Shown: positions 9,726-19,233, numbered from the stretch's first letter. The stretch: 64,000 bases of DNA from Thermoleophilaceae bacterium (GCA_030448005.1 JAUJNT010000005.1:23710-87709), one strand, 5' to 3'. Notes: generated from the sequence alone by a model not told the origin. Translations and numbers: made by a program.

Positions 9726-10960
9726 TCGTGGCGCCCCGAGCGGTCGACCACCTGCTGATCGGAGGCGGCCTGGCCACCGCCGCGTGTGCGCAGACCCTGC
9801 GTGAGGAAGGGGCCCCCGGGTCCGTGCTCGTCGTGGGTCGCGAGCTCGACCCGCCCTACCATCGCCCACCCCTCTCCAAGGGCTACCTGCAGGGAAGGGA
9901 GGATCGCGGCTCGGCCCTGGTCCACCCGCCCGAGTGGTGGGACGAGCAGGCCGTCGAGTTGCTCACCCGCACGAGCGTGATGAAGCTCGATCCGGCCGAG
10001 CGGATGGCAACGCTCTCGAACAAGGAGAAGGTGCGCTTCGGGACCGCCCTCATCGCCACGGGCGCCATCGTGCGCAGGCTGCGGGCCGCGGGAGGGGACC
10101 TCGACGGCATCCACTACCTCCGCGCCTTCGGCAACGCGGATGCCATCCGCGCGGACGCCGAGCAGGCCTCCCGCGTGGTGCTGATCGGAGGGAGCTACAT
10201 CGGTTGTGAGGTGGCGGCCTCGCTCGTCGCCGCCTTTGGATGCGAGTGCACGATCCTCATGCAGGAGGAGATCACCTTCGAGCGTCAGTTCGGCCGTGAG
10301 GTCGGGGGTTTCTTCGCTCGGGTGCTGGCGGAGCACGGGGTGAAGGTGCACGGTTGCGACGAACTCGAGCGCTTCGAGGGCGCGGAGGGCCGGGTGGGGC
10401 GGGTGGTCACGAAGGGCGGGCTCAAGCTCGACTGCGACTGCGTGGTGATCGGCGCGGGGGTGATGCCCGACGTGATGCTCGCCCGCGCCGCGGGGCTCGA
10501 GCTCGGCGAACGTGGGGGCGTGAAGTGCTCCTCACGGCTCGAGACCTCCGCCGCCGGCATCTACGCCGCCGGCGACATGTGCGAGTACGCCAGCCCGCTT
10601 CATGGACGCCACCTGCGAGCGGAGCACTGGGACGTGGCCAAGGAGCACGGCAGGACGGCTGCGCTGAACATGATGGGGCGCGACATGCCCCACGACGCGC
10701 TGCCCTACTTCTTCGCCGATCTCGCCGACTGGGCCTCGATGGAGTACGTGGGCTCCGGGTCGGGCGAGCCCGTGATCCGCGGCTCCCTCGGGGGGGGCGA
10801 GTTCACGGCGTTCTACCTCGAGGAGGGCAAGGTCACGGCGGCGCTCACGGTGGGGCGGTCCGAGGACCTCGAGCACGCTCGCCGCCTGATCGCCACGGGG
10901 AGCACACCGGACCCCGGCGAGCTGGCCGATCCCGAAGTGGCGCTCGCCCCGGTTCTCTGA
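9722..10960 (+). CDS. FAD-dependent pyridine nucleotide-disulfide oxidoreductase (ferredoxin-reductase-like)
   Basis: LLIGGGLATAACA and VLIGGSYIGCEVAA dinucleotide folds plus GIYAAGD. GTGA overlap with the TrkA stop. Confidence 0.85.
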   Translation: MIVAPRAVDHLLIGGGLATAACAQTLREEGAPGSVLVVGRELDPPYHRPPLSKGYLQGREDRGSALVHPPEWWDEQAVELLTRTSVMKLDPAERMATLSNKEKVRFGTALIATGAIVRRLRAAGGDLDGIHYLRAFGNADAIRADAEQASRVVLIGGSYIGCEVAASLVAAFGCECTILMQEEITFERQFGREVGGFFARVLAEHGVKVHGCDELERFEGAEGRVGRVVTKGGLKLDCDCVVIGAGVMPDVMLARAAGLELGERGGVKCSSRLETSAAGIYAAGDMCEYASPLHGRHLRAEHWDVAKEHGRTAALNMMGRDMPHDALPYFFADLADWASMEYVGSGSGEPVIRGSLGGGEFTAFYLEEGKVTAALTVGRSEDLEHARRLIATGSTPDPGELADPEVALAPVL

Positions 10961-10999
10961 GCTCCCCGGCACCGCTATCCTCCCCTCACGCACGCCCGG

Positions 11000-11071
11000 T
11001 GCGGGGTCGAATAATCGGCAATTCGCACGGCTCTGGACCGTGAAATCGGGGTTCAAGTCCCTGCCCCGCAG
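11000..11071 (+). tRNA. tRNA-Gln (anticodon CUG)
   Basis: Hand-folded cloverleaf. Acceptor UGCGGGG/CCCCGCA with U1:A72 and G73; D stem GAAU/AUUC. Anticodon stem CACGG/CCGUG with loop CU-CUG-GA. T arm CGGGG-UUCAAGU-CCCUG. No CCA encoded. Confidence 0.85.
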
Positions 11072-11138
11072 CTTCTCCTTGAAGTCACGTGGCCCCTCGC
11101 CTTCCACACTCCCCGCGATCCGCGGACACGTGACCCGG

Positions 11139-11807
11139 ATGACCATTAGCCTGCGCGGCATGCGCACCCGTCGCCTCCCACTGGTGTGTTTCGTCGTTGC
11201 GCTCGCCGCGGCAATGGCCGCCTGCGGCGAGGATCGGGAGGGAAGCGTCGAGCAGAGCGGAGACTCGACCGGCACCACCGGCACCACCGGCACCAGCGGC
11301 ACCACCGGTACCACCGGTACGGCCGGCACCACCGGCACGACGTCTACGAGTGCTACGCCCGCCCCGAGGGGAGCCGCGAGCTCGACCGTCAAGATCAAGG
11401 AGAGCGAGTACGAGATCGATCCCGCGAATCCGCGTATCCCCAAGCCCGGCGTGGTGAGCTTCAAGGTGCAGAACGCCGGCAAGGTGACCCATGCACTCGA
11501 GATCGAGGGGCCCGCAGGAGAGGTCGAGACCGAGGGCATCGCGCCGGGCAAGAGCGCCAGCCTCAAGGCCGACCTGTCGCGCCCTGGAACGTACAAGTGG
11601 TACTGCCCGATAGCGGATCACGAGGAGCGGGGCATGACCGGCAAGGTCACCGTCGCGGGCCGCGGGTCTGGTACCGGCACCGATGGCTCAGGAGCCGATG
11701 AGGACTCTCGTGCCGGCGGCCTCGGGTCGAGGAAGGGATCCGAGAAGAGCGGGGGCTCCGGCAGGCGGCCGGGCGCCGGCGGTGGCCACAGCGGCGGGGT
11801 CCACTGA
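11139..11807 (+). CDS. Cupredoxin (plastocyanin/azurin-like type-1 copper) lipoprotein with Gly/Thr linker
   Basis: Lipobox LAAAMAAC. Copper ligands fit H..C..H..M (THALEIE, WYCPIADHEERGM). The ORF-track start 11040 lies inside the tRNA, so ATG 11139 (or 11160) is used. Confidence 0.75.
   Translation: MTISLRGMRTRRLPLVCFVVALAAAMAACGEDREGSVEQSGDSTGTTGTTGTSGTTGTTGTAGTTGTTSTSATPAPRGAASSTVKIKESEYEIDPANPRIPKPGVVSFKVQNAGKVTHALEIEGPAGEVETEGIAPGKSASLKADLSRPGTYKWYCPIADHEERGMTGKVTVAGRGSGTGTDGSGADEDSRAGGLGSRKGSEKSGGSGRRPGAGGGHSGGVH
11271..11342 (+). repeat. Eight tandem 9-nt units (GGCACCACC-like) encoding (GTT)n linker
   Basis: Direct reading gives GGCACCACC x2, GGCACCAGC, GGCACCACC, GGTACCACC, GGTACGGCC, GGCACCACC, GGCACGACG. 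Confidence 0.9.
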
Positions 11808-11824
11808 CCCACGCCGGGCGCGGC

Positions 11825-13648
11825 TCAGGCCGCCGCCTGCTCGGCCCAGTCCCGGTAGAGCCGTGCGTATGCGCCGCCGGCCGCCAGCAGCTCCGCGTGG
11901 GTGCCCTGCTCGGCGATCCGGCCGTTGTCGAGCACCACGATCCTGCCGGCGTCGCGGATGGTGGAAAGGCGGTGTGCGATCACGATCGCGGTCCGGCCGG
12001 CCAGCAGGCGCCGCAGCCCCTGCTCGATGCGGGCCTCGGTGTGCACGTCCACGTTCGAGGTGGCCTCGTCGAGGATCAGGATGCGAGGATCGGCCGCGGC
12101 CGCGCGGGCGAATGCCACGAGCTGGCGCTGACCGGCGGAGAGGTGACCGCCCCGCTCACCCACTTCCGCGTCATAGCCACCGGGCAGCGCTTCGATGAAC
12201 TCGTGGGCGCCCACGGCTCCGGCTACCGCCTCGATCTGCTCGGTCGAGGCATCCGGCCGGCCGAAGGCGATGTTGTCGCGGATCGTGCCCGAGAACAGAT
12301 AGCCCTCCTGCGGAACGATCCCGAGCTGGGAGCGCAGGGAGTGCTCGGTCACCTGGCGTAGGTCGTGCCCGTTCACGAGGACCCGGCCCCGGGTGGGGTC
12401 GTAGAACCGGGCCACGAGCTTGGCGAGGGTGGACTTGCCCGCACCCGTGGAGCCCACGAGCGCCACCGTCTGGCCGGGCGGGATCACGAGCGAGATATCC
12501 GACAGCGCAAGCACGTCCTCCCGCGCGGGCGGGCCCTCTCCCTCCTCGGACGCCGGAGCCCCGTAGGAGAAGTCGACGCCCTCGAAGCGGATCTCACCGC
12601 GCCCACGCGGCAGCTCGATCGCGTCCGGGGCGTCCCGGATGTCGGGCTCCTCGTCCAGGAGCTGGAAGATCTTGTCGAGGGCCGCCATGCCGCTCTGGTA
12701 GGTGGTGTAGAGCTGTGAGAGCTGCTGGATCGGGTCGAAGAAGCTCTGCAGGTAGAAGACGAACGAAGCGAGCACACCCACCGTGACCGCGCCCTCGATC
12801 ACCTGGTTTCCCCCGTAGAGCAGGATGCCCGCGGTGGCCACCGCCGAGAGGAGCTCTACGGACGGGAAGTAGGCGGAGTTGAGGACGACGGTCCGCATGT
12901 TGGCCTCGCGGTTCACCTCGTTCAGCTCTGCGAAGCGGCGCTCGTGGCGGCCCTCCTGGCCGAATCCGCGCACGATTCGGATTCCCGAGAGGGCCTCCTG
13001 GAGGTATGCGGTCACCGCCGCGATCCGCTCGCGGGTGAGGCGGTAGGCGCCGGCCGAGGCGATCCGGAAAGCCAGGCTTCCGAGCAGCAGGACGGGGAAG
13101 ACCGCGAACGTCACGAGGGCGAGCTGGGGGTCGAGCGCAACGAGGATCCCTGCGGTGCCGACCAGGGTCAGCGTGGACGCGAAGAGGGTCACGATGCCGT
13201 CGTTGACCAGGTGGTCGAGGGCCTGGACGTCGTTTGTCATCCGCGAGATCAGAACTCCGGCCTTGCTGCGGGAGTAGAAGCCGATCGACAGCGACTGCAG
13301 GTGCTCGAAGATGCGCGAGCGGAGATCCTGTAGCGCGCGCTGGCCGACCCAGCTCGTCAGATAGGTCTGGGCATAGCTCGCGCCCCAGTTGAGCACCGCG
13401 GCGCCGAGGAAGAGCGCCGTGATCACCGTCAGTGCGTCCAGGTCTCTGCCGCGGATGCCGTCATCGATCGCCCTTCCCGCGAGGTACGGGGGCGCCAGTG
13501 AGGCTGCGGTCGCGGTCACGAGCGCCATCAGCATCAGCACGACCCGCCAGCGGTAGGGGCGAAGCAGCGCCGTCAGCTTGCGGACCTTGCGGGTCCGCCC
13601 GCGCTCGCCCCGCAGGGCGCCCCACGTGCGCGCGACCCGGCCGGTCAC
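11825..13648 (-). CDS. ABC exporter, fused permease/ATPase (MdlB/MsbA-like half transporter)
   Basis: Six-TM N-terminal domain. Walker A GSTGAGKST, signature LSAGQRQ, Walker B ILILDEATS. Confidence 0.9.
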   Translation of the reverse strand: MTGRVARTWGALRGERGRTRKVRKLTALLRPYRWRVVLMLMALVTATAASLAPPYLAGRAIDDGIRGRDLDALTVITALFLGAAVLNWGASYAQTYLTSWVGQRALQDLRSRIFEHLQSLSIGFYSRSKAGVLISRMTNDVQALDHLVNDGIVTLFASTLTLVGTAGILVALDPQLALVTFAVFPVLLLGSLAFRIASAGAYRLTRERIAAVTAYLQEALSGIRIVRGFGQEGRHERRFAELNEVNREANMRTVVLNSAYFPSVELLSAVATAGILLYGGNQVIEGAVTVGVLASFVFYLQSFFDPIQQLSQLYTTYQSGMAALDKIFQLLDEEPDIRDAPDAIELPRGRGEIRFEGVDFSYGAPASEEGEGPPAREDVLALSDISLVIPPGQTVALVGSTGAGKSTLAKLVARFYDPTRGRVLVNGHDLRQVTEHSLRSQLGIVPQEGYLFSGTIRDNIAFGRPDASTEQIEAVAGAVGAHEFIEALPGGYDAEVGERGGHLSAGQRQLVAFARAAAADPRILILDEATSNVDVHTEARIEQGLRRLLAGRTAIVIAHRLSTIRDAGRIVVLDNGRIAEQGTHAELLAAGGAYARLYRDWAEQAAA

Positions 13649-15513
13649 AGCCCCGCCATCGAGCGGCCGAGCGCCCCTGCGTGGGGACCTGGATCGGCGG
13701 GCTTGCGGGTGAGGAAGACCTGATCGGGCAGCCCGCGCTCGGCGATCTCGCGGTAGAGCGCGCTGACCTCGAGCAGCTCCTCGTGGGAGCCGAGCGCCAC
13801 GATGCGACCGCGTTCGAGCACCACGATCCGGTCGGCCAAAGCGATCGTTGAGAGCCGGTGTGCGATCACGAAGGTGGTGCGCCCGCGCATGACCGCACGC
13901 ATCGCCTCCTTGATCCGCCCCTCGGTGGTGGCATCGACGCTCGAGGTGGCGTCGTCGAGGATCAGGACGCGCGGCTCTGCCACGAGTGCCCTGGCTATCG
14001 CCACGCGCTGGCGCTGGCCACCCGACAGCGACACCCCGCGCTCGCCCACCTGCGTCTCGTAGCCGTCCGGCAGGGACACCGCGAAGTCGTCGAGCCCGGC
14101 GCGTCGCGCGGCCTGCCGGATCTCCTCATCCGATGCGTCCGGCCGGGCATACGCGATGTTCTCTCGCAGCGATGCCGAGAAGAGGAAGGCGTCGTCGGAG
14201 ACGACGGCTATCTCACTGCGCAGGGAGGCCACGTCCACGTCGCGCACATCGACGCCGTCCACGAGGAGGGCGCCCTCCCGCACGTCGTAGAGGCGCGGGA
14301 TCAGGTTGACGAGGGTGGTCTTGCCCGACCCGGTGGCGCCCACGATCGCCACCGTGCTTCCCGCCTCCACCTCGAGGTCGACCTCATGCAGCACCGGCTC
14401 GCCGTCGCCGTAGCCAAAGCTCACGCCGCGCAGCTCGACCCGGCCTCCGCCGGCCGGGAGCGCCGGCGCGTCCGGCGGCGAGGTCAGTCGCGGCTCGCGG
14501 TCGAGGATCTCGAAGACCCGCGCTCCCGAGGCTGTCGCGCGCTGGGCCATGCCGAGCGCCATGCCGAGCGTTCGCATCGGGGAGGTGAGCATGACCACGT
14601 ACCCGTAGAAGGCCACGAACTGGCCGACCGTGATCGTGCCGTTCGCCGCCTGACGGCCCCCCACGAGGATGATCGCCGCCAGGCCGAGCTGGGGCAGGAA
14701 GCCGATGAACGGCGTGTAGAAGGCCCGCAGCCGCGTGGAGACCATCGACTGGTCGAAGACGCGGCGCACCGATTGGTTGAACCGCCGGAGCTGGCGCTCC
14801 TCCTGTGCGAACGCCTTGACCACCCGGACGCCGGACACGTTCTCCTCGGCCGCCGCGGTCAGCTCGGCGATCCGCTGCTGCACCTCCTGGGAGGCCGGCC
14901 GGTTCTGCCGGCCGTAGCGGAAGGCGACCCAGATGGCCGCCGGCATGGGGGCCATCGCCACGAGGGCCAGTATCGGGTTGACCGCCACCATCACTCCGGC
15001 GGCGATCAGGATCGTGAGAATCGACTGCATCATGAAGATCAGCCCGTAGCCGAGGAAGAACCGGATCGACCCGAGGTCCACGGTCGAGCGCGACATGAGC
15101 TGCCCGGTCTGCTGGCCGTCGAAGAAGCCAAGCTCGAGCGTCTGCAGGTGGTGGTACATCCGGTTGCGCAGGTCGAACTCCACTCCCAGCGAGACGCGGC
15201 CCGCCACCAGGCGGCGGGGCACGCTCGATGCCAGCCGGAAGACCCCCGCGGCCGCCACGGCGCCCGCCAGCGGCAACAGGTTGCCGCCGCCCTCACGGAT
15301 GTCGTCCACGGTCCGCCCGATGAAGTACGGGATCAGGACACCGGCTCCCATCGCGGCCGCCGCCAGGGCCAGGGAGGCGATCACCCCGCGCCTGTATGGC
15401 GCGAGGAAGCCGAGCAGGCGCGCGAAGACCCGCAGGCCCCCGTCCGTCGGGGTGGTTCGAGTGATTCGGCGCCCCTGTCTGAGTCCTTCCCGCTTGCTCT
15501 TCGGCTCTTCCAC
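13645..15513 (-). CDS. ABC exporter, fused permease/ATPase (heterodimer partner)
   Basis: Walker A GATGSGKTT, signature LSGGQRQR, Walker B VLILDDATS. 4-nt overlap with the downstream partner. Confidence 0.9.
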   Translation of the reverse strand: MEEPKSKREGLRQGRRITRTTPTDGGLRVFARLLGFLAPYRRGVIASLALAAAAMGAGVLIPYFIGRTVDDIREGGGNLLPLAGAVAAAGVFRLASSVPRRLVAGRVSLGVEFDLRNRMYHHLQTLELGFFDGQQTGQLMSRSTVDLGSIRFFLGYGLIFMMQSILTILIAAGVMVAVNPILALVAMAPMPAAIWVAFRYGRQNRPASQEVQQRIAELTAAAEENVSGVRVVKAFAQEERQLRRFNQSVRRVFDQSMVSTRLRAFYTPFIGFLPQLGLAAIILVGGRQAANGTITVGQFVAFYGYVVMLTSPMRTLGMALGMAQRATASGARVFEILDREPRLTSPPDAPALPAGGGRVELRGVSFGYGDGEPVLHEVDLEVEAGSTVAIVGATGSGKTTLVNLIPRLYDVREGALLVDGVDVRDVDVASLRSEIAVVSDDAFLFSASLRENIAYARPDASDEEIRQAARRAGLDDFAVSLPDGYETQVGERGVSLSGGQRQRVAIARALVAEPRVLILDDATSSVDATTEGRIKEAMRAVMRGRTTFVIAHRLSTIALADRIVVLERGRIVALGSHEELLEVSALYREIAERGLPDQVFLTRKPADPGPHAGALGRSMAGL

Positions 15514-15537
15514 CTGCCGTTACTTTACTTAGTGAAG

Positions 15538-16017
15538 CTACGCGCCCGGCGGCTGCACCCGGGCTTCGCCGGCCAGCACGCGGGCGACGGCGTCGCGGCG
15601 GAAGTCGAAGATCGCAGCCAGGTCGCGGCGTGCGAGGGGGGCGGCGAGCTCCCCGAGCGGCCACAGGGGAAGTGCGTAGCGGACGACGTCGCGCATGAGC
15701 GTGCCGCCGCTGCGCTCCTCGAAGCTGTGCGTGTGGTGCCACAGGCGGTAGGGCCCGACCAGCTGGATGTCCACGAACGAGACCCCCGGCTCCCATGCCT
15801 CGATCATCGTCAGCCAGTCGAGCGGGAGGCCGCGGATCCGGAGCCGGTACTGGATGAGAGCGCCCACCCCCATCTCCGCCGGATCGGCGTCGACCACCCG
15901 GAATTGCAGCAGCGGCGGAGTGATTGACTCGAGATTGTGGGCGTCCGCGAAGAACCGGAAAACCTCCGCGGGAGGTCGCTCGAGGAGCTGCTCGCGGGTG
16001 AGCACGTGCACCTTCAT
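15538..16017 (-). CDS. SRPBCC-superfamily (cyclase/dehydrase-like) protein
   Basis: 159 aa. FFADAHNLESITPPLLQF and GPYRLWHHTHSFE match the SRPBCC ligand-binding family pattern. Confidence 0.7.
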   Translation of the reverse strand: MKVHVLTREQLLERPPAEVFRFFADAHNLESITPPLLQFRVVDADPAEMGVGALIQYRLRIRGLPLDWLTMIEAWEPGVSFVDIQLVGPYRLWHHTHSFEERSGGTLMRDVVRYALPLWPLGELAAPLARRDLAAIFDFRRDAVARVLAGEARVQPPGA

Positions 16018-16077
16018 CGAGCGTTCATACGGATCACCGGTCCTCCGAGGGCATGCGTTACGGCATTATCCGTCGCG

Positions 16078-16260
16078 GTGAACGTCGCCGAGCTCATCTG
16101 CCAGAACTGCGGCGCGGTCAGCTACAGCCGCCTCCCCGCCCACCGGACCGACACCATGCCCCTGTGCAAGTGCGGAGGGCGTCGTCAGGTGGTGCGCGTG
16201 CGGGCCGAGCGTCGGAAGGAGAGCCACCCCGTCGTCGAGGAGCGCCGCAGCGGCCCATGA
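16078..16260 (+). CDS. Hypothetical small zinc-ribbon protein
   Basis: 60 aa from in-frame GTG 16078 within ORF 15937..16260. Has CQNC...CKC cysteine pairs. The upstream part of the ORF is antisense to the SRPBCC gene. Confidence 0.4.
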   Translation: MNVAELICQNCGAVSYSRLPAHRTDTMPLCKCGGRRQVVRVRAERRKESHPVVEERRSGP

Positions 16261-16428
16261 CCGTCCATTGCAAGCCCTTTCCCAGCGGTTGCCAACGGGA
16301 AGGAGAAGCTGAAGTCTCCTCGAATGCGCAGCGCGAGAGACGCCGACCCGCCGCTGGCGCGTCTCGGCCGCTGCCCCGACTAGGCGCCGGTCAGGCTCCA
16401 CCGCATGCGGAGCCTCGTGAGGCCCGGC

Positions 16429-16896
16429 TCAGTCCCGCAGCCTGAGCCGCATGCCGGGCTTCAGCACGTCGAGGTCGTACTGGGGGTTCAGCGAGCGAAG
16501 CCGGTCGGCATCGACCCGGGTCTTCTGGGCGATGCCGAGCAGACCGTCCCCGGGCTTGACCACGTACCGGCGCGGGACTTGCCGGCGCGGGTCTGCGGCC
16601 GGGTCGCGGCGGGGCCCGGGCGCGACCTTCAGCTTGAGCCGCTGGCCGGGTACGAGGGACAGCGGATCGAGGGTGGGGTTGAGCTGCTCGATCCTTTCTA
16701 GTGAGACTCCGGTCCTCTGGGAGATGGTCGAGAGGCTGTCACCCTCCTTCACTACGTACGTGGGCGGCGTGGACTCCGGAACGGAGGCGCTCGGCGTCTC
16801 TAGCGTGATCAGCCTGATCGCGAAGATGACGGCCACCAGCAGCACCAGCGCGATGAGGGCCAGTACGACGTAGCCGAAGATGAGGCGGTATGACAT
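16429..16896 (-). CDS. Membrane-anchored protein with two LysM peptidoglycan-binding domains
   Basis: N-terminal TM helix, then YVVKEGDSLSTISQRTGVSLERIEQLNP and YVVKPGDGLLGIAQKTRVDADRLRSLNP. Confidence 0.85.
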   Translation of the reverse strand: MSYRLIFGYVVLALIALVLLVAVIFAIRLITLETPSASVPESTPPTYVVKEGDSLSTISQRTGVSLERIEQLNPTLDPLSLVPGQRLKLKVAPGPRRDPAADPRRQVPRRYVVKPGDGLLGIAQKTRVDADRLRSLNPQYDLDVLKPGMRLRLRD

Positions 16897-17064
16897 CCGA
16901 CCCCTCGGATCATACGCCGACTCTTGGCCGAGTGGGCCGTCTTGGCGCGGCGCGGCGCGGGCCGTCTACGCCTGAGTGTTGGCCGAGGCCCTCTGGGTAT
17001 GGGGAACTTGAGGAGGGCCGGTGGTGAGTCGCCGGCCCAGGTCAAACACGAGGAGGAGAGGAAA

Positions 17065-17316
17065 ATGAGCCACCCCGACGATGAGTCGCCCGAGAAAGAC
17101 GCCGACCCCACCGGGGGAGAGTACGGAGAGGGCGGGGCCTACCCGGAAGGCGACCCAGACGCCGGCCCCAGCGTAGAGCCCGGCGCCGGCGGCTACGCCG
17201 GTCGTGACCCGGCCACCGACATGCCCGCCATGCCGTCGGCGCCCGAGACCCAGGGGGAGCCCGACCGCCACGACGCGGATCCGGATGACCCGAAGCCTCG
17301 CCAGGCCAGCGACTGA
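17065..17316 (+). CDS. Hypothetical acidic, Gly/Pro/Asp-rich disordered protein
   Basis: ATG 17065 is preceded by AGGAGGAGAGG. 83 aa, low complexity, no motif. Confidence 0.45.
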   Translation: MSHPDDESPEKDADPTGGEYGEGGAYPEGDPDAGPSVEPGAGGYAGRDPATDMPAMPSAPETQGEPDRHDADPDDPKPRQASD

Positions 17317-17430
17317 CCGAGGCCCAGGCCGGCCCGAGCGACCTGACGCTCGCCCGGGCCGGCCACCCACCATCGGCGTTCCTCGCCATGGGTGCCGCAA
17401 CGGATCGCCTCGACACGGGTTGGGGTGAGA

Positions 17431-19233
17431 ATGCCGTACTTGAGAACATGCTCCCGGCGCCCGCCCGTCGGCGCTCGCCCCGGGGCCGCGCTCGTCATGG
17501 CGGCCGCCGTCCTCAACCTAGGGTGGCCGGCCGCGGCCGCGCCCGCCCAGGTCAAGAACGGGGCGATCGCATTCTCCGCCAAGCGGGCGGGTGATCGCGC
17601 TCTCTACACGCGCGCCCCGAACGGATCCCAGCTGCGCCTCATCCCTACCGGGGGGCGCGCCGACCACGCCGCCTTCTCGCCGGGCGGGAGGAGGCTTGCC
17701 TTCACCAAGTACGGTCCGCTCGGGGCCCAGGTCTGGGTGAGCTACCTCGACGGCACGGGCATCAGGCAGCTCACCACCGGCCCGTCGGACACCATGGCCG
17801 CTTGGTCTCCTACCGGAGCGGACCTCGTGTTCGCCCGCGGCGTAAACGGCTCGCGAGACCTCTACCGGATCAGGGCGGACGGCGCGGGCCTGCGGCGGCT
17901 GACCGTCAGCGCCCGCAACGACGATTCACCAAGCTGGTCGATCCAGGATCAGCTGGCCTTCGTGCGGGCGGGCGCGAGGGATGACGACATCTACGTGATC
18001 GGAGCGGGCGGCGGCTCCGCGCGGCGGCTCACCCGCAGCCGCCAGCACGACGCCTCACCCGCCTGGTCTCCGACCGGTCGCACGCTCGTGTTCTCCAGGG
18101 GCCGTCCGGGCCGTCGCGACCTGTACGTGATCGGCAGCGACGGACGGCGCGTGCGGCGCCTGACCGAGGTGCCCGGAGACGAGGGCGAGCCGGCCTTCTC
18201 GCCCGATGGGAGTCGGATCGTCTTCACCCACCGCCGCGGGCGCTCGCAACGGCTGTACGTGATGAAGCTCAAGGGGGACGCGGTGCGCAGCCTGCCCTCG
18301 CGCAGCCTGCGCGTGCGCAGGATCACCTCGGGCCGATCGGCCGCCCGCCAGGCGGGCTGGCAGCACACGGGCCTCGATCCGGTCGTGGCGGCGGCGGGCG
18401 ACATCGCGTGCGATCCCGCCAGCCCGAACTTCAACGGTGGCGCTGGCCTTCCCGGAGTCTGTCGCCAGAAGCTCACCTCGGACCTGCTCCTTCGCATGGA
18501 TCTCACAGGCATCCTCATCCCGGGCGACCTCCAGTACGAGACCGGCAAGCTCGAGGCCTTCGCCCAGTCCTTTGCCCCCACCTGGGGCCGGTTGAAGCCG
18601 CTGATCCGGCCCGTGCCCGGCAACCACGAGTACGGGGACCCGGGCGCCGCCGGCTACTTCGACTACTTCAACGGCCCCGGCCGGCAGAGCGGCCCGGCGG
18701 GCAACCGGGGGCAGGGCTTCTACAGCTTCGACATCGGGAGCTGGCACGTGATCGCCCTGAACTCCGAGTGCGAGCAGGCCGGCGGCTGCTCCCCGGGCTC
18801 ACCCCAGCTCCGCTGGCTGCGGGCCGACCTGGCCGCCCATCCCGTGCCCTGCACGCTTGCCTTCTTCCACGGTCCGCGCTTCACCTCGGGCCGCTACGGC
18901 GAACAGAGCGAGAAGGTGCGGCCCTTCTGGGATGCGCTCTACGCGGCCGGGGCCGACCTCGTGCTGAGCGGGCACGAGCACTTCTACGAGCGGTTCGGCC
19001 CGCAGACCCCGGACGGAGGTGCGGACGCGGCACGGGGCCTTCGCCAGCTCACCGTGGGCATGGGCGGCAAGAGTCGCCACGGCTTCATCACCGCGGCGGC
19101 CAACAGCGAGGTGCGCGACAACCTCACGGTCGGCGTCCTTGAGCTCACCCTTCGCGAGGGAACCTACGACTGGAAGCTCGTGGGCGCCCCCAGCGGGAAC
19201 GTGGCCGATGCCGGCACGGGCGCCTGCCACTGA
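17431..19233 (+). CDS. Secreted PD40/TolB-like beta-propeller fused to a calcineurin-like metallophosphoesterase
   Basis: Signal-like N-terminus. Repeated 'D..P.WSP.G..L.F' PD40 blades. C-terminal GDIACD, GDLQYE, GNHEY, SGHEHFYERF phosphoesterase motifs. Confidence 0.8.
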   Translation: MPYLRTCSRRPPVGARPGAALVMAAAVLNLGWPAAAAPAQVKNGAIAFSAKRAGDRALYTRAPNGSQLRLIPTGGRADHAAFSPGGRRLAFTKYGPLGAQVWVSYLDGTGIRQLTTGPSDTMAAWSPTGADLVFARGVNGSRDLYRIRADGAGLRRLTVSARNDDSPSWSIQDQLAFVRAGARDDDIYVIGAGGGSARRLTRSRQHDASPAWSPTGRTLVFSRGRPGRRDLYVIGSDGRRVRRLTEVPGDEGEPAFSPDGSRIVFTHRRGRSQRLYVMKLKGDAVRSLPSRSLRVRRITSGRSAARQAGWQHTGLDPVVAAAGDIACDPASPNFNGGAGLPGVCRQKLTSDLLLRMDLTGILIPGDLQYETGKLEAFAQSFAPTWGRLKPLIRPVPGNHEYGDPGAAGYFDYFNGPGRQSGPAGNRGQGFYSFDIGSWHVIALNSECEQAGGCSPGSPQLRWLRADLAAHPVPCTLAFFHGPRFTSGRYGEQSEKVRPFWDALYAAGADLVLSGHEHFYERFGPQTPDGGADAARGLRQLTVGMGGKSRHGFITAAANSEVRDNLTVGVLELTLREGTYDWKLVGAPSGNVADAGTGACH

